Below the pieces are notes generated by a model. The model searched no databases, was not told the origin of the DNA, and saw only the letters and a program-made list of their open reading frames with translations. The translations under genes were made by a program, and so were the position numbers. From Patescibacteria group bacterium (lineage in GTDB: Bacteria > Patescibacteriota > Patescibacteriia > 2-12-FULL-60-25), in assembly GCA_041661725.1 (NCBI GenBank), contig JBAZTX010000003.1, positions 218,794-282,793 on the forward strand: DNA of 64,000 nt, in the 5' to 3' direction. Of the stretch, positions 35,668 through 44,940 are shown in pieces; position 1 is the stretch's first letter, and each line of letters opens with the position of its first letter.

Positions 35668-37258
35668 TCGAAATTGACGCCCAACCGCGGGCGCGTTCTA
35701 TCGCGCGTTCGTATTGGGCCAGAAACGCACGGCCTCGTTCCGGGCGTTTTTGTATAAATGTTTTTTCGCATTTTGAAAATTTGGATGCCTGCTCCCAGGT
35801 CTTCCAAACGCCCGCACCAAGACCTGCAATCATGGCGGCTCCTGCGGCGGTTGATTCCAGATTGTTGGATCGGCAGATTTTGACATTACTCATGTCAGCC
35901 TGACTTTGCATCAGGGGATTGGAGCGCGCCAGTCCGCCGCTGACTTTCCAGAAAGTTGTTTTGCTGTTTGTCTGTTCATCCAACAGCGTGGACATTCTGG
36001 CGGCTTGGCAGGCAATCGCCTCGATTGCGGCGCGGCACAAGTGTGCTTTGGTTGTTCCGCGATTCAAGCCGATAATCAGGCCGCGCGCCGCCGGATCCCA
36101 ATCCGGCGCTGCCAAACCGCTGAAGGCCGGCACAATGGTTACGCCGCCGGTTGTAGTCACGGTTTCCGCAAGAGCGTCGAGTTCTTTCATGTCTTTGACC
36201 AAACTCATTTGATTTTTAAACCATTCGAGCATTGCGCCGCCCGTCAACGCACTTGTCTCAAATGCGTATTCAATCGGATATTCGGGACGATGCCAAGCGA
36301 CCGTCGTCAAAATCCCGCTGGCCGCCGGGTGTGGCAAGTCACCGATCGTTTTGAGGGCAAAAATTCCGGTCCCATACGTCACCGCGGTCATGTTCTTGCC
36401 AAGCGGGCCGTGGCTGAATAGCGCGGCTTGCTGATCTCCCAAGATTCCGGTGATGGGTATCTCGCAACCGAAAAGTTTTTTATCTGTTGTGTCGAATTGT
36501 CCTTCGGACGGCATGAGAAGAGGCATCTGTGATTCTTTGATGCCGAAGAATTTTAATAAATCTTCATCCCAAGTAAGTGTCTTCAAATTAAACAACATGG
36601 TTCTGCTCGCATTCGACGGTTCTGTAGCGTGCAGACGTCCGCCAGTCAAATTCCAAAGTATCCACGAGTCAATCGTACCAAAAATCAACCCTCTCCCTCC
36701 GTCATTGCGAGCGAAGTCAGACGTAGCGCGGACGTAAAATCCCCGTGGGGACCACGTCCCCTCTACGGGGCAATCTTCCTCTTTGTCATTCCTGCGTAGG
36801 CGGGAATCCATCCGATTATATTTATTGTTCAACCACTCAATCTTTGTGGCGCTAAAACTCGGGTCGACGACCAGCCCCGTTGCCGCGCGAATACGGCGCG
36901 CCAGATCGCGATGACTCTCGATCTCTTTGCAGCGCTCCGCCGTTCTCCTGTCTTGCCACACGATGGCTCGCGCAACCGGCTTGCCGTTTTTGGAATTCCA
37001 ACCGACCACCGTTTCTCTTTGATTTGCAATGCCTATGCAAGCGATGTTTTTGGCGTTGACTTTAGTTGCTTTTAAAACTCTTCTTGCGCAGCTTAAAGTT
37101 TTTGTCCAAATTTCAATCGGGTCTTGTTCCACATTTCCATCTTCCCCCGCAAAGATGTTAAGCGGCAAAGAAACTTGCCCGAGTTTTTTAAGTTTGTCGT
37201 CAAAGACAATCGCGCGCGTCGATGTTGTGCCAATGTCCAAAGAGAGGATGTGTTGCAT
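35663..37258 (-). CDS. glpK: Glycerol kinase with ~40-codon in-frame repeat insertion
   Basis: LSLDIGTTSTRAIVFD, GIANQRETVV, LFGTIDSWILWNLTGG and GDQQAALF are FGGY-kinase signatures. Confidence 0.9.
   Translation of the reverse strand: MQHILSLDIGTTSTRAIVFDDKLKKLGQVSLPLNIFAGEDGNVEQDPIEIWTKTLSCARRVLKATKVNAKNIACIGIANQRETVVGWNSKNGKPVARAIVWQDRRTAERCKEIESHRDLARRIRAATGLVVDPSFSATKIEWLNNKYNRMDSRLRRNDKEEDCPVEGTWSPRGFYVRATSDFARNDGGRGLIFGTIDSWILWNLTGGRLHATEPSNASRTMLFNLKTLTWDEDLLKFFGIKESQMPLLMPSEGQFDTTDKKLFGCEIPITGILGDQQAALFSHGPLGKNMTAVTYGTGIFALKTIGDLPHPAASGILTTVAWHRPEYPIEYAFETSALTGGAMLEWFKNQMSLVKDMKELDALAETVTTTGGVTIVPAFSGLAAPDWDPAARGLIIGLNRGTTKAHLCRAAIEAIACQAARMSTLLDEQTNSKTTFWKVSGGLARSNPLMQSQADMSNVKICRSNNLESTAAGAAMIAGLGAGVWKTWEQASKFSKCEKTFIQKRPERGRAFLAQYERAIERARGWASIST
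36690..36810. mobile_element. Composite palindromic (MITE/RPE-like) element inserted in frame inside glpK
   Basis: gtcattgcgagcgaagtcagacgtagcg ... ccccgtggggaccacgtcccctctacgggg ... gtcattcctgcgtaggcgggaatc encodes RLRRNDKEEDCPVEGTWSPRGFYVRATSDFARNDGG, placed between the conserved W-L and LFGTID blocks. Related words occur at 48876-48922, 50246-50362, 51036-51075 and 53283-53410. Confidence 0.75.
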
Positions 37259-37317
37259 ATGACCGGATTATATCACGATCCTGGACTTTGGAGTCGTAAC
37301 ACGCTATCCTGTCAACC

Positions 37318-37950
37318 ATGTCTGAAATTATAGAATTTTTTTCGCGCCTGCATAATTTGGAAGATTTAATACGCTGGGGAGGATACACTGTTTTGGCGGT
37401 TATTGTCTTTGCCGAGTCCGGTCTGTTGATCGGTTTTTTCTTACCCGGTGACTCTCTCCTTGTAACCGCGGGGCTTCTTGCGTCTCAGGGTTATTTGAAC
37501 ATTTGGGAGCTTTGGATATTGTTGTCCGTGATGGCGATTGCGGGTGATTCGGTCGGTTATTATTTTGGCAAAGTCACGGGACCGAAAATTTTTACGCGTG
37601 AAAAATCGATTCTTTTCAATAAAGATCATTTACTGCGCGCGCAGGCTTTTTATGAAAAACACGGCGGTAAAACAATTGTGCTTGCGCGCTTCATGCCTAT
37701 CATCCGAACTTTTGCGCCGATTATTGCAGGAGTCGGTAAAATGCCTTATCGCAAATTCGTGACATATAACGTTGTAGGCGGAATCGGTTGGGTGACATTG
37801 ACTTTGGGTCTTGGATATTTTTTGGGCAGAGTGATACCTGACGCGAGCAAATATTTGCACTGGATCATCATTGCAGTGATTTTTATTTCAATCAGCCCGG
37901 GCGTGATCGCGTGGCTGCGTGAGAGGAACAAACGTACATCACGTACATAG
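37318..37950 (+). CDS. dedA: DedA-family membrane protein
   Basis: FFLPGDSLLVTAG...YFGKVTGPKIF...ARFMPIIRTFAPIIAGVGKM. The last codons and the stop lie in the gtacat repeat. Confidence 0.85.
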   Translation: MSEIIEFFSRLHNLEDLIRWGGYTVLAVIVFAESGLLIGFFLPGDSLLVTAGLLASQGYLNIWELWILLSVMAIAGDSVGYYFGKVTGPKIFTREKSILFNKDHLLRAQAFYEKHGGKTIVLARFMPIIRTFAPIIAGVGKMPYRKFVTYNVVGGIGWVTLTLGLGYFLGRVIPDASKYLHWIIIAVIFISISPGVIAWLRERNKRTSRT

Positions 37951-38008
37951 CGTTTATAGCGTGCATAACGTTGTACGTCAGATACGCGATGTACGCTATG
38001 TACGTTTT
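37928..38008. repeat. gtacat/atgtac palindromic element (family PE-2), copy 1
   Basis: aaacgtacatcacgtacatagcgtttatagcgtgcataacg / ttgtacgtcagatacgcgatgtacgctatgtacg. The copies at 46377-46473 and 47122-47218 are clearly related. Confidence 0.8.
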
Positions 38009-38060
38009 TATGTTTTAAGCTATACTAATGTCACTTAAAGGCTATTAGCCACGTTTTAAT

Positions 38061-38630
38061 ATGGCGGAACAAAAAATTGATTTGGAACAAGAAAAAGCGC
38101 TGTTTATGCAGATAAAAAGCGACCCACAGGCCATTGGCCTGGTTTACGACCGTCATGCAGGGCAGCTGTATGGGTATTTACTCAAACGCTGCGGGCATAA
38201 AGAAACGGCCGAAGATTTGGTGGCGCAGTCGTTTATGAAGCTCCTGCAATCGGCGCCAAATTTGGAATGGCAGGGCGTGCCGATCGGCGCATGGCTTTAC
38301 CGTGTTGCATCAAACGCATTGGCCGATCATTGGCGCAGCAGCGCTGTGCGCAAACAAACTTCGCTGGATGACGAAGATGATAATTGGGATCCGCCATCGC
38401 TTGATGATCCGGCTTGGTCCGCGGAGATGTCGCTTGAAGGCGACAGGTTGCGCGCGGCCATCGATCAACTTTCACGCCGCGATCAGGAAGTTCTGACTTT
38501 AAAATTTTATGGAGAATACTCCACGGAAGAAATTGCATCGCAGTTGGGCATCTCCAATAATCACGCGGCAGTTTTGATTTATAGATCGCTGGGCCGGATG
38601 CGCAAGATTCTAACTCAAACTACAAAATAG
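38061..38630 (+). CDS. ECF-type RNA polymerase sigma factor
   Basis: Region 2 (AEDLVAQSFMKLL...GAWLYRVASNALADHWR) and region 4 (LSRRDQEVLTLKFYGEYSTEEIASQLGISNNHAAVLIYRSLGRMRK). Confidence 0.85.
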   Translation: MAEQKIDLEQEKALFMQIKSDPQAIGLVYDRHAGQLYGYLLKRCGHKETAEDLVAQSFMKLLQSAPNLEWQGVPIGAWLYRVASNALADHWRSSAVRKQTSLDDEDDNWDPPSLDDPAWSAEMSLEGDRLRAAIDQLSRRDQEVLTLKFYGEYSTEEIASQLGISNNHAAVLIYRSLGRMRKILTQTTK

Positions 38631-38631
38631 T

Positions 38632-41600
38632 ATGTCATTTAACGAAGAACAAATCGCGCAACGCATAGACGAGGCGCTCGAAGGCAATGAAAGCAAGGCG
38701 ATGCCAGAGGACAGGCCTTATTTGCGCATGGCAAAAGCTCTTAAGCAACATGCCGCATGGAAACAGGACAAAATGGATCCGAAAGTTATGGCTGCACAAA
38801 AAGAGCATCTGCTTGAGGCGGCGAAAAACCTTGAATCCCGAATCCCGAATCCCGAAATCCGAGATTCAGCGCAGCGGACATTCAGCGAAGCGGACATTCG
38901 ACATTCGACCCAAGTTCGTCGGCCCTGGTTCCTCTGGGTCGGCGGAGCGGTTGCTGTTGCGGCCGTCGTGCTGCTCGTCTTTGCTGCACAGACGGGGACT
39001 ATTCCTTTTAAACAATTATTCAAAACTCAATCGCAGAGCGGTTTGTCAAAACTTTCGTTGGTTATTCCCGCCGCCAACGCAGGTGATGCATTCAGTATGC
39101 TGGTTGAAAAACAAAATGACGGCACAGCGGAGCTTGATACTTCTTTTCAAATAAATTCTAAGGTTGATATTGATCAAGATAAGCTTAAGCAGAGTTTGCG
39201 CGTGGTTAAAGTTTCGGATCAGGGCGATGAAAGCGTGCCTTTTGATTTTAACAAAACGGGCGACAATCAATTTAACGTTAAGCCTCAAAATGAGTTGGAA
39301 ACGGGCAGTGTTTACCGCGTAGTGATTGCAACTGCAGTGCAGGGCGAAACGGGAGATTTGCGCCAGCGCGATTTTTCGTGGGCAGTGCAAACAAAGGATG
39401 TTTTTAAAATCATTCGCGCCGTACCCGGCGATGCGTCCACCGGCGTACCTCTTGATACGGCAATTGAGCTTACTCTTTCGCAGGTCGGTTGGCAGGATCC
39501 GGCGCAGTATTTTGCCGTCGAACCGCAGGTCGATGGTCGATTCGAAACGCACGGCCGCACGTTGGTCTTTTTGCCGAATAAGCCTTTGTCGCCTTTGACT
39601 CTGTATACCGTGACTTTTAAAAAAGGTTGGGGTTTAGGCGACGGCGGATCAACTTTGAACGATGATTATTCTATACGTTTTCAAACCAGCTCCGGCAAAG
39701 TCAGCTCTGCGCAAAAATACATCAATGTCACATCGTACTTGTTTGAATCTGCGCCCGGTACGGAGCCGGTTATCGGCGTTTGGTACAGCGATGTAGATAA
39801 GCCGGTTACGGTTACAGGTTATTCATTATCATTTGATGATGCCAAATCAGTCATTCAAAAAATCGAAAGCCAGCCTTCGTGGATTGATGCAACTGACATT
39901 CGAAATAAAACATTGGCAGACAAAGTCGGCGGTCAGGCGTTTACGCAACAGGCGAATTTGGAAAATGTGGGTGAATATAGCAAAGGAATAAGATTGTCGA
40001 ATTCCATTTCGGCAGGTTTTTACGCCATTCGTTTGGATCAAGAAGGTGTGCAGCCCACTTGGGTTTTGTTGCAAGTTACAAATCTGGCGGCATATTCGAT
40101 GGCCGACAAGGATCAGATTTTGGTTTGGACCGTTAACACGGAAACCGGCAAACCGGTCGAGACAACCGTATCCATGGATGGACAAGCTGTCAAAACAGAT
40201 TCGCAGGGTACAGCTCGCCTTAAAACTCCGGAATCGTGGTCAGCTAGTGATACGAATATCACGAGGAACGCACCGGCGGTCGTCTTAGAACTGGGCGAGG
40301 GTTCCATGCGATTGCTCAGCGTTTTGCGTAAAGATTGGGAATTCATGTATTTTGGTTCTTCTTACGGAGGTAACGGCGCATCTTTCGACACGTGGTCCTA
40401 TCTTTATAGCGACAGGCCGCTGTATCGCTCGCAAGATAAAATTAATGTCTTTGGTTTGCTGCAGGATAGAAATTCCAATCGCGGCACGGGAACTGCGGAG
40501 GTGAGGTTGATGAATCGCAGTTTCATTGATTACGGAACTTACGACAGCAAGGTTTATGCCAAAGCGGATCTTAACGAAGACAATGCGGGATTCTTTAGCG
40601 GTCAGATTTCGTGGAGCGGTACGCTTACGCCCGGATACTATGAATTGGTTTTGTTTAAAGACGGCCAACGCGTGACTTCGCGTTCAATCGAAATCAGAGA
40701 CACGGTGAAACCGGCTTATTACTTGCAGGTCGTGCCTGAGCGTGTGAACGTTTTTACGGGCGAACAAGCAAAAGGCCAGTTGATTGCAAAATTTTTTGAT
40801 GGTACGCCGGTTGCAAAGGCAAAGATATTATTGAATGCTTCCGGCGGATTCGATTCCACCAATCAACCGTTGACAGTCACGACGGATGATGCCGGTTATG
40901 CAAGTTATTCTTTTAACCTCGGTACGCCCAAGTGCGATTTGGGGGAACGCTATCAAAATTGCTACGCGCAAACCAATTTGAGCATAGAGGCCAGACCGGC
41001 TGTCGGTGAAGAAGGAGAGATCTACGCTTACGCAAGTTATAACGTTTGGCGCAGCCATTCTTCGCTTAATGAAGATTCGATTAAAGAAGATAACGGAAAC
41101 GCAACTTTGCGTTATAGAGTGCGCAAGGTTGATCCGAGTAAGGCCAACGGCCGCACGGACGATTCTGTTTTAACAGATGGCCAAGCCAGCGTAAGCGTAA
41201 AAGCGAAATTTATCGAGCAGCATTGGGATAAGACTCAGACGGGAACGTACTTTGATTCTCTGGAAAAGAAAGTAGTACCGCAATACAGGTATGTGCAGCG
41301 CGATGTAGAAGCCGGGAATTTTGATGCAGTGACGGATACTAACGGTTATGCGACTTTCAACTATCAGCTTAAAGACAATATTTCTTATCGCGTTGTTGTA
41401 TGGACCGATAATGGCGGCGCAACGCAGTCTGTAACGTCTTACGTATCAAAAGGTTGGTATGACCGTTCGGGCAACGATGCTCCGAGTTTGGTATCGACGG
41501 ACGCAGCTGATAATCGTAACTCATTTAATTTGGGAGATAAAGTTTCGTTAAGCTTTACTCAATCCGGACAAAAAATGAGCGGTGAAAATGAAAGTTTTAT

Positions 41601-43932
41601 GTTTGTGCACGCCGCGCGCGGAATTCGCAGCTTGCAAGTTTCATCCAACGCTACGCATGAGTTTGATTTTACCGAAGAGGATGTGCCCAACATGACGGTT
41701 TACGGAGTCGTATTTTCCAAAAACGGTTTTGCCATGTCGCAATACAGCGTTATGTTTGATTCGCAAAGCCGCGAATTAAACGTAGTTATCGAACCGGATA
41801 AAACAAGCTATGCTCCGGGTGAAAATATAAATTTCCGCGCAAAAGTAACGGACAAAAACAGCAATGTAATAAAAGATGCGCATATCGCGGTTTCGGTTGT
41901 TGATGAAGCCCTGCTTTCGATAGCCCAGCTTGGAGCTGACGAGATGCCGTTGAACACGCTTTATCAATTATTGCCGGACGGCATAGTCGCAACCGGTGCA
42001 ACTCACTTGGCTGATCAGGCTAGCGGTTTTGCGGGCGGCGGCGCGGAGATGGGCGGCGGTGAGCGCAGCAATGCAGTGCGCAAAAACTTTAAAGACCAAG
42101 CGTCTTTCATGTCGCTCTTAACCAACGGCGACGGAGTTGCGACCGGTTCGTTCACTTTGCCGGACAACATTACATCGTGGCGCTTTACCGCAGTTGCGAT
42201 GACGCAGGATTTGCGCGCCGGTGCGGCCAAATTGAATGTCAGCGCAAGCAAGCCATTGTTTGTGGAAGCTGTTATTCCGCAAAATATTCTATCTGCCGAT
42301 AAGCCGGTATTAAAATTACGCGCTTTTGGAACGGCCTTGCCAAAGACCGGCGAGGTGGCGTACACGGTTGACGCGCCGACTTTGGGAATTAACAAGCAAG
42401 AGGTCAAAGGCCAGGTAAATCAAGCTGTTTATCTTGCATTGGACAATCCGATTGTCGGTTCGCACAAGGCGACGATCGGCATATCGGTAAACGGTCAGGC
42501 TAAAGATGCGATTGAGCACACGATAAACGTGGCTGCATCCGGCGCCACGCATGATGAGCGCGTTTCCATCGAGCTTGCACCCGGAACGGAGCTCTCTGAC
42601 ATTGGTGAGGCCACGGAAGTTCAACTTGCTTTTGAATCCAAAACGCGTTCCGCCGCCAGATCTGAATTGGATGCTTTGGCAAATCCGTGGTCTGCAAGAT
42701 TGGAATCCGCCGTTGCCGGCCGCGTATCAAGAGAGTTGTTGCGCGATTATTATCAATCCAACGAATTGGATCCGAATGATATAAGTTTGACGAGTTATCA
42801 ACTGCTAAGCGGAGGTTTGGGGGTCTTGCCTTATTCGTCCGAAGACGTGACCTTGAGTTCCAAAGTCGCCGCAGTCGCACCGCAGGGAGTCGACCAAGCT
42901 GCGCTTGCCAATTATTTTTGGAGCGTGACGGATAATGCAAAAGCTTCGCGTGAAGAATCGATTCAAGCTTTGGCCGGTTTGGCTGCACTTGGTCAGCCGG
43001 TGATTTCCCGCTTGCATCAGGTTGCGGAACTTACGGATCTTTCGTGGCGCGAAACGCTGGCCTTGGCTCGCGGTTTGGATGAGATCGGTGAACGCGAAGC
43101 AGCGCGAACACTGTTGGACGGATTAATTTCAAAGTCAGAAGAACATGATGGTTCGATGACATTAAACGTCAGCAAATCCCAAGGCGAAACAATTGAAGCG
43201 ACTGCGGAAGCGGCGGCTTTAGCTGCGTCCATGGCGCATCCTTCGGCGGATAAGTTGATGGCTTACGTGGAATCAAACTGGAACAACGAAGCTTTAACGG
43301 ATTTGGATCGCGTCATGTATTTGCAAAAAGTCGTGCCGACAATGGTTTCGGGTAATGTTAAAATAAGTTACGCTATCGGTCAGGATCAAAAAACAATCGA
43401 GCTGAGCGACAATGAACCGGTGCATTATGAGACATTGACTGCAGATGAGGTTAGAGCTTTCCGTGCAGTCAGCGTGGACGGCCCGGCGTCCGTGTCTTAC
43501 GTCAAACGCGTAAACGGAAATCTCAGCGCATCATCCGATTTACTGAAAGTTGGTCGTGATTATAAAATAGATGGCGCGGCGGCGCAGACGTTCCACGAAG
43601 GGGATTTGGTTACGGTAAGTTTGAACGCGACATGGGATCAAAAGGCTCAAGATGGTTGTTATGTGCTGCGTGATCGTCTGCCGGCGGGATTCATGCCCGT
43701 GGTCAATATCAATTACGATCGTTACGGCAACATGCCTTTGTACTTTCCATTCAACGTGCAAAACAACGAAGTGTCCTTTGTTGTTTGCGAACATGATAAG
43801 CCCGCAGCAATCAATTATTTGGCGCGCGTCGTTTCCCTAGGCACTTACAATGCGGCAGGTGCTTTGTTGCAATCCATGCAAACTCCGTCGCTCGCGACGG
43901 TTTCCACGCCGGCGGTTGTAGAGGTGAAATAG
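38632..43932 (+). CDS. Membrane-anchored alpha-2-macroglobulin-family giant protein with a cytoplasmic N-terminal (anti-sigma-like) segment; no thioester motif
   Basis: 1766 aa, starting 1 nt after the sigma gene stop. About 95 aa are cytoplasmic, followed by one TM (WFLWVGGAVAVAAVVLLVFAA), Ig-like repeats and the A2M signature FTLPDNITSWRFTAVAMT...ASKPLFVEAVIP. The expected CxEQ position reads PWSARLES. Confidence 0.8.
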   Translation: MSFNEEQIAQRIDEALEGNESKAMPEDRPYLRMAKALKQHAAWKQDKMDPKVMAAQKEHLLEAAKNLESRIPNPEIRDSAQRTFSEADIRHSTQVRRPWFLWVGGAVAVAAVVLLVFAAQTGTIPFKQLFKTQSQSGLSKLSLVIPAANAGDAFSMLVEKQNDGTAELDTSFQINSKVDIDQDKLKQSLRVVKVSDQGDESVPFDFNKTGDNQFNVKPQNELETGSVYRVVIATAVQGETGDLRQRDFSWAVQTKDVFKIIRAVPGDASTGVPLDTAIELTLSQVGWQDPAQYFAVEPQVDGRFETHGRTLVFLPNKPLSPLTLYTVTFKKGWGLGDGGSTLNDDYSIRFQTSSGKVSSAQKYINVTSYLFESAPGTEPVIGVWYSDVDKPVTVTGYSLSFDDAKSVIQKIESQPSWIDATDIRNKTLADKVGGQAFTQQANLENVGEYSKGIRLSNSISAGFYAIRLDQEGVQPTWVLLQVTNLAAYSMADKDQILVWTVNTETGKPVETTVSMDGQAVKTDSQGTARLKTPESWSASDTNITRNAPAVVLELGEGSMRLLSVLRKDWEFMYFGSSYGGNGASFDTWSYLYSDRPLYRSQDKINVFGLLQDRNSNRGTGTAEVRLMNRSFIDYGTYDSKVYAKADLNEDNAGFFSGQISWSGTLTPGYYELVLFKDGQRVTSRSIEIRDTVKPAYYLQVVPERVNVFTGEQAKGQLIAKFFDGTPVAKAKILLNASGGFDSTNQPLTVTTDDAGYASYSFNLGTPKCDLGERYQNCYAQTNLSIEARPAVGEEGEIYAYASYNVWRSHSSLNEDSIKEDNGNATLRYRVRKVDPSKANGRTDDSVLTDGQASVSVKAKFIEQHWDKTQTGTYFDSLEKKVVPQYRYVQRDVEAGNFDAVTDTNGYATFNYQLKDNISYRVVVWTDNGGATQSVTSYVSKGWYDRSGNDAPSLVSTDAADNRNSFNLGDKVSLSFTQSGQKMSGENESFMFVHAARGIRSLQVSSNATHEFDFTEEDVPNMTVYGVVFSKNGFAMSQYSVMFDSQSRELNVVIEPDKTSYAPGENINFRAKVTDKNSNVIKDAHIAVSVVDEALLSIAQLGADEMPLNTLYQLLPDGIVATGATHLADQASGFAGGGAEMGGGERSNAVRKNFKDQASFMSLLTNGDGVATGSFTLPDNITSWRFTAVAMTQDLRAGAAKLNVSASKPLFVEAVIPQNILSADKPVLKLRAFGTALPKTGEVAYTVDAPTLGINKQEVKGQVNQAVYLALDNPIVGSHKATIGISVNGQAKDAIEHTINVAASGATHDERVSIELAPGTELSDIGEATEVQLAFESKTRSAARSELDALANPWSARLESAVAGRVSRELLRDYYQSNELDPNDISLTSYQLLSGGLGVLPYSSEDVTLSSKVAAVAPQGVDQAALANYFWSVTDNAKASREESIQALAGLAALGQPVISRLHQVAELTDLSWRETLALARGLDEIGEREAARTLLDGLISKSEEHDGSMTLNVSKSQGETIEATAEAAALAASMAHPSADKLMAYVESNWNNEALTDLDRVMYLQKVVPTMVSGNVKISYAIGQDQKTIELSDNEPVHYETLTADEVRAFRAVSVDGPASVSYVKRVNGNLSASSDLLKVGRDYKIDGAAAQTFHEGDLVTVSLNATWDQKAQDGCYVLRDRLPAGFMPVVNINYDRYGNMPLYFPFNVQNNEVSFVVCEHDKPAAINYLARVVSLGTYNAAGALLQSMQTPSLATVSTPAVVEVK
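38831..38910. repeat. cgaatcccgaa / gcggacattc stutter block in frame in the cytoplasmic segment of the A2M-like gene
   Basis: ttgaatcccgaatcccgaatcccgaaatccgagattcagcgcagcggacattcagcgaagcggacattcgacattcgacc encodes LESRIPNPEIRDSAQRTFSEADIRHST. Confidence 0.8.
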
Positions 43933-43998
43933 CATAACTCACCCCGTCCCTCTCTTTGCTAAAGAGAGGGGCTGGGGGTTAGTTAGGCTCAACAACCT

Positions 43999-44940
43999 AT
44001 GAACAAGAAAAACTTGTTTGGTGTTTTTATAGCATTGACTCTCGCCTGTGTTTTTTCCGGTTGCGGTAAAAGTCAAAATCATGTCGAACCCGTCAAGAGT
44101 ATCAAGCAAGAAGTGACATCAACTGCGTTGACGATGGAGCGTCCGACTTCTTCCATTCCGATAAGCACGGTGTTTATTGATCCTCAAGCTTTTAACGCCA
44201 CTAACGCATTAAAACCATTTGCGTTAAAGGGATCGCCGATTGCCGGCGTCGTCAATCATCATGTTCTGGCTGCGGACATCTTGGCGCAATTTTTTAAAAC
44301 CATAAAAACCACGCGTCCGGATTTTGAAACTTTTATTATTATCTCGCCTGATCACTTTAGCCGCGGCAGAGGAGTGTCGACTCATGGATTGACGTATGTG
44401 ACGCCGGCTGGCGATGCGGTTGTACGTAAACGCTGGGTTTTTGAATTGGGAAAGATCGGGGTTTGGGACGGAACGGATAAGCGTGCATTTGAAAATGAAC
44501 ATGGCGTTGGCGCTCTTGTGCCTTTTATTGAACGCGAATACCCGCAAGCTAAGATTTTGCCTCTTTTTTTGCGTGCCGACGTAAAACTTGATCAAGCCAA
44601 ACAGATAGGTGAGGCGCTTGCTAAACTTTCTGACGAAAAGACGTTTGTCGTCGTATCATCAGATATGAGCCACGGCTTAAAAGAGTTCGACGCAGCTCAA
44701 CGCGATGTCGAGACTCTGCAATGGTTGCGTAACGGCAATTGGGATCGTCTGACTTCCGCGACCGACAAAAATACCGACAGTGCTGTCGGTTTTGCTGTCC
44801 TGCACGCTTACTTGCAAAAAAAACTCCCCCTTGGCAAAGGGGGGCAGGGGGGATTTCTTTTGCTCTCTCACAAACAGAGCACTGACTACGTCGCTGATCC
44901 GACCAACGTCACGACTTACATCTCGGGAGTTTGGGAGTGA
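43999..44940 (+). CDS. MEMO1-family (AmmeMemoRadiSam system protein B-like) lipoprotein
   Basis: Lipobox LACVFSGCG plus AGVVNHHVLAADI, IIISPDHF, ENEHGVGALVPFI and VVSSDMSH. An in-frame hairpin (cccccttggcaaaggggg, 44826-44843) encodes KKLPLGKGGQGG. Confidence 0.75.
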   Translation: MNKKNLFGVFIALTLACVFSGCGKSQNHVEPVKSIKQEVTSTALTMERPTSSIPISTVFIDPQAFNATNALKPFALKGSPIAGVVNHHVLAADILAQFFKTIKTTRPDFETFIIISPDHFSRGRGVSTHGLTYVTPAGDAVVRKRWVFELGKIGVWDGTDKRAFENEHGVGALVPFIEREYPQAKILPLFLRADVKLDQAKQIGEALAKLSDEKTFVVVSSDMSHGLKEFDAAQRDVETLQWLRNGNWDRLTSATDKNTDSAVGFAVLHAYLQKKLPLGKGGQGGFLLLSHKQSTDYVADPTNVTTYISGVWE

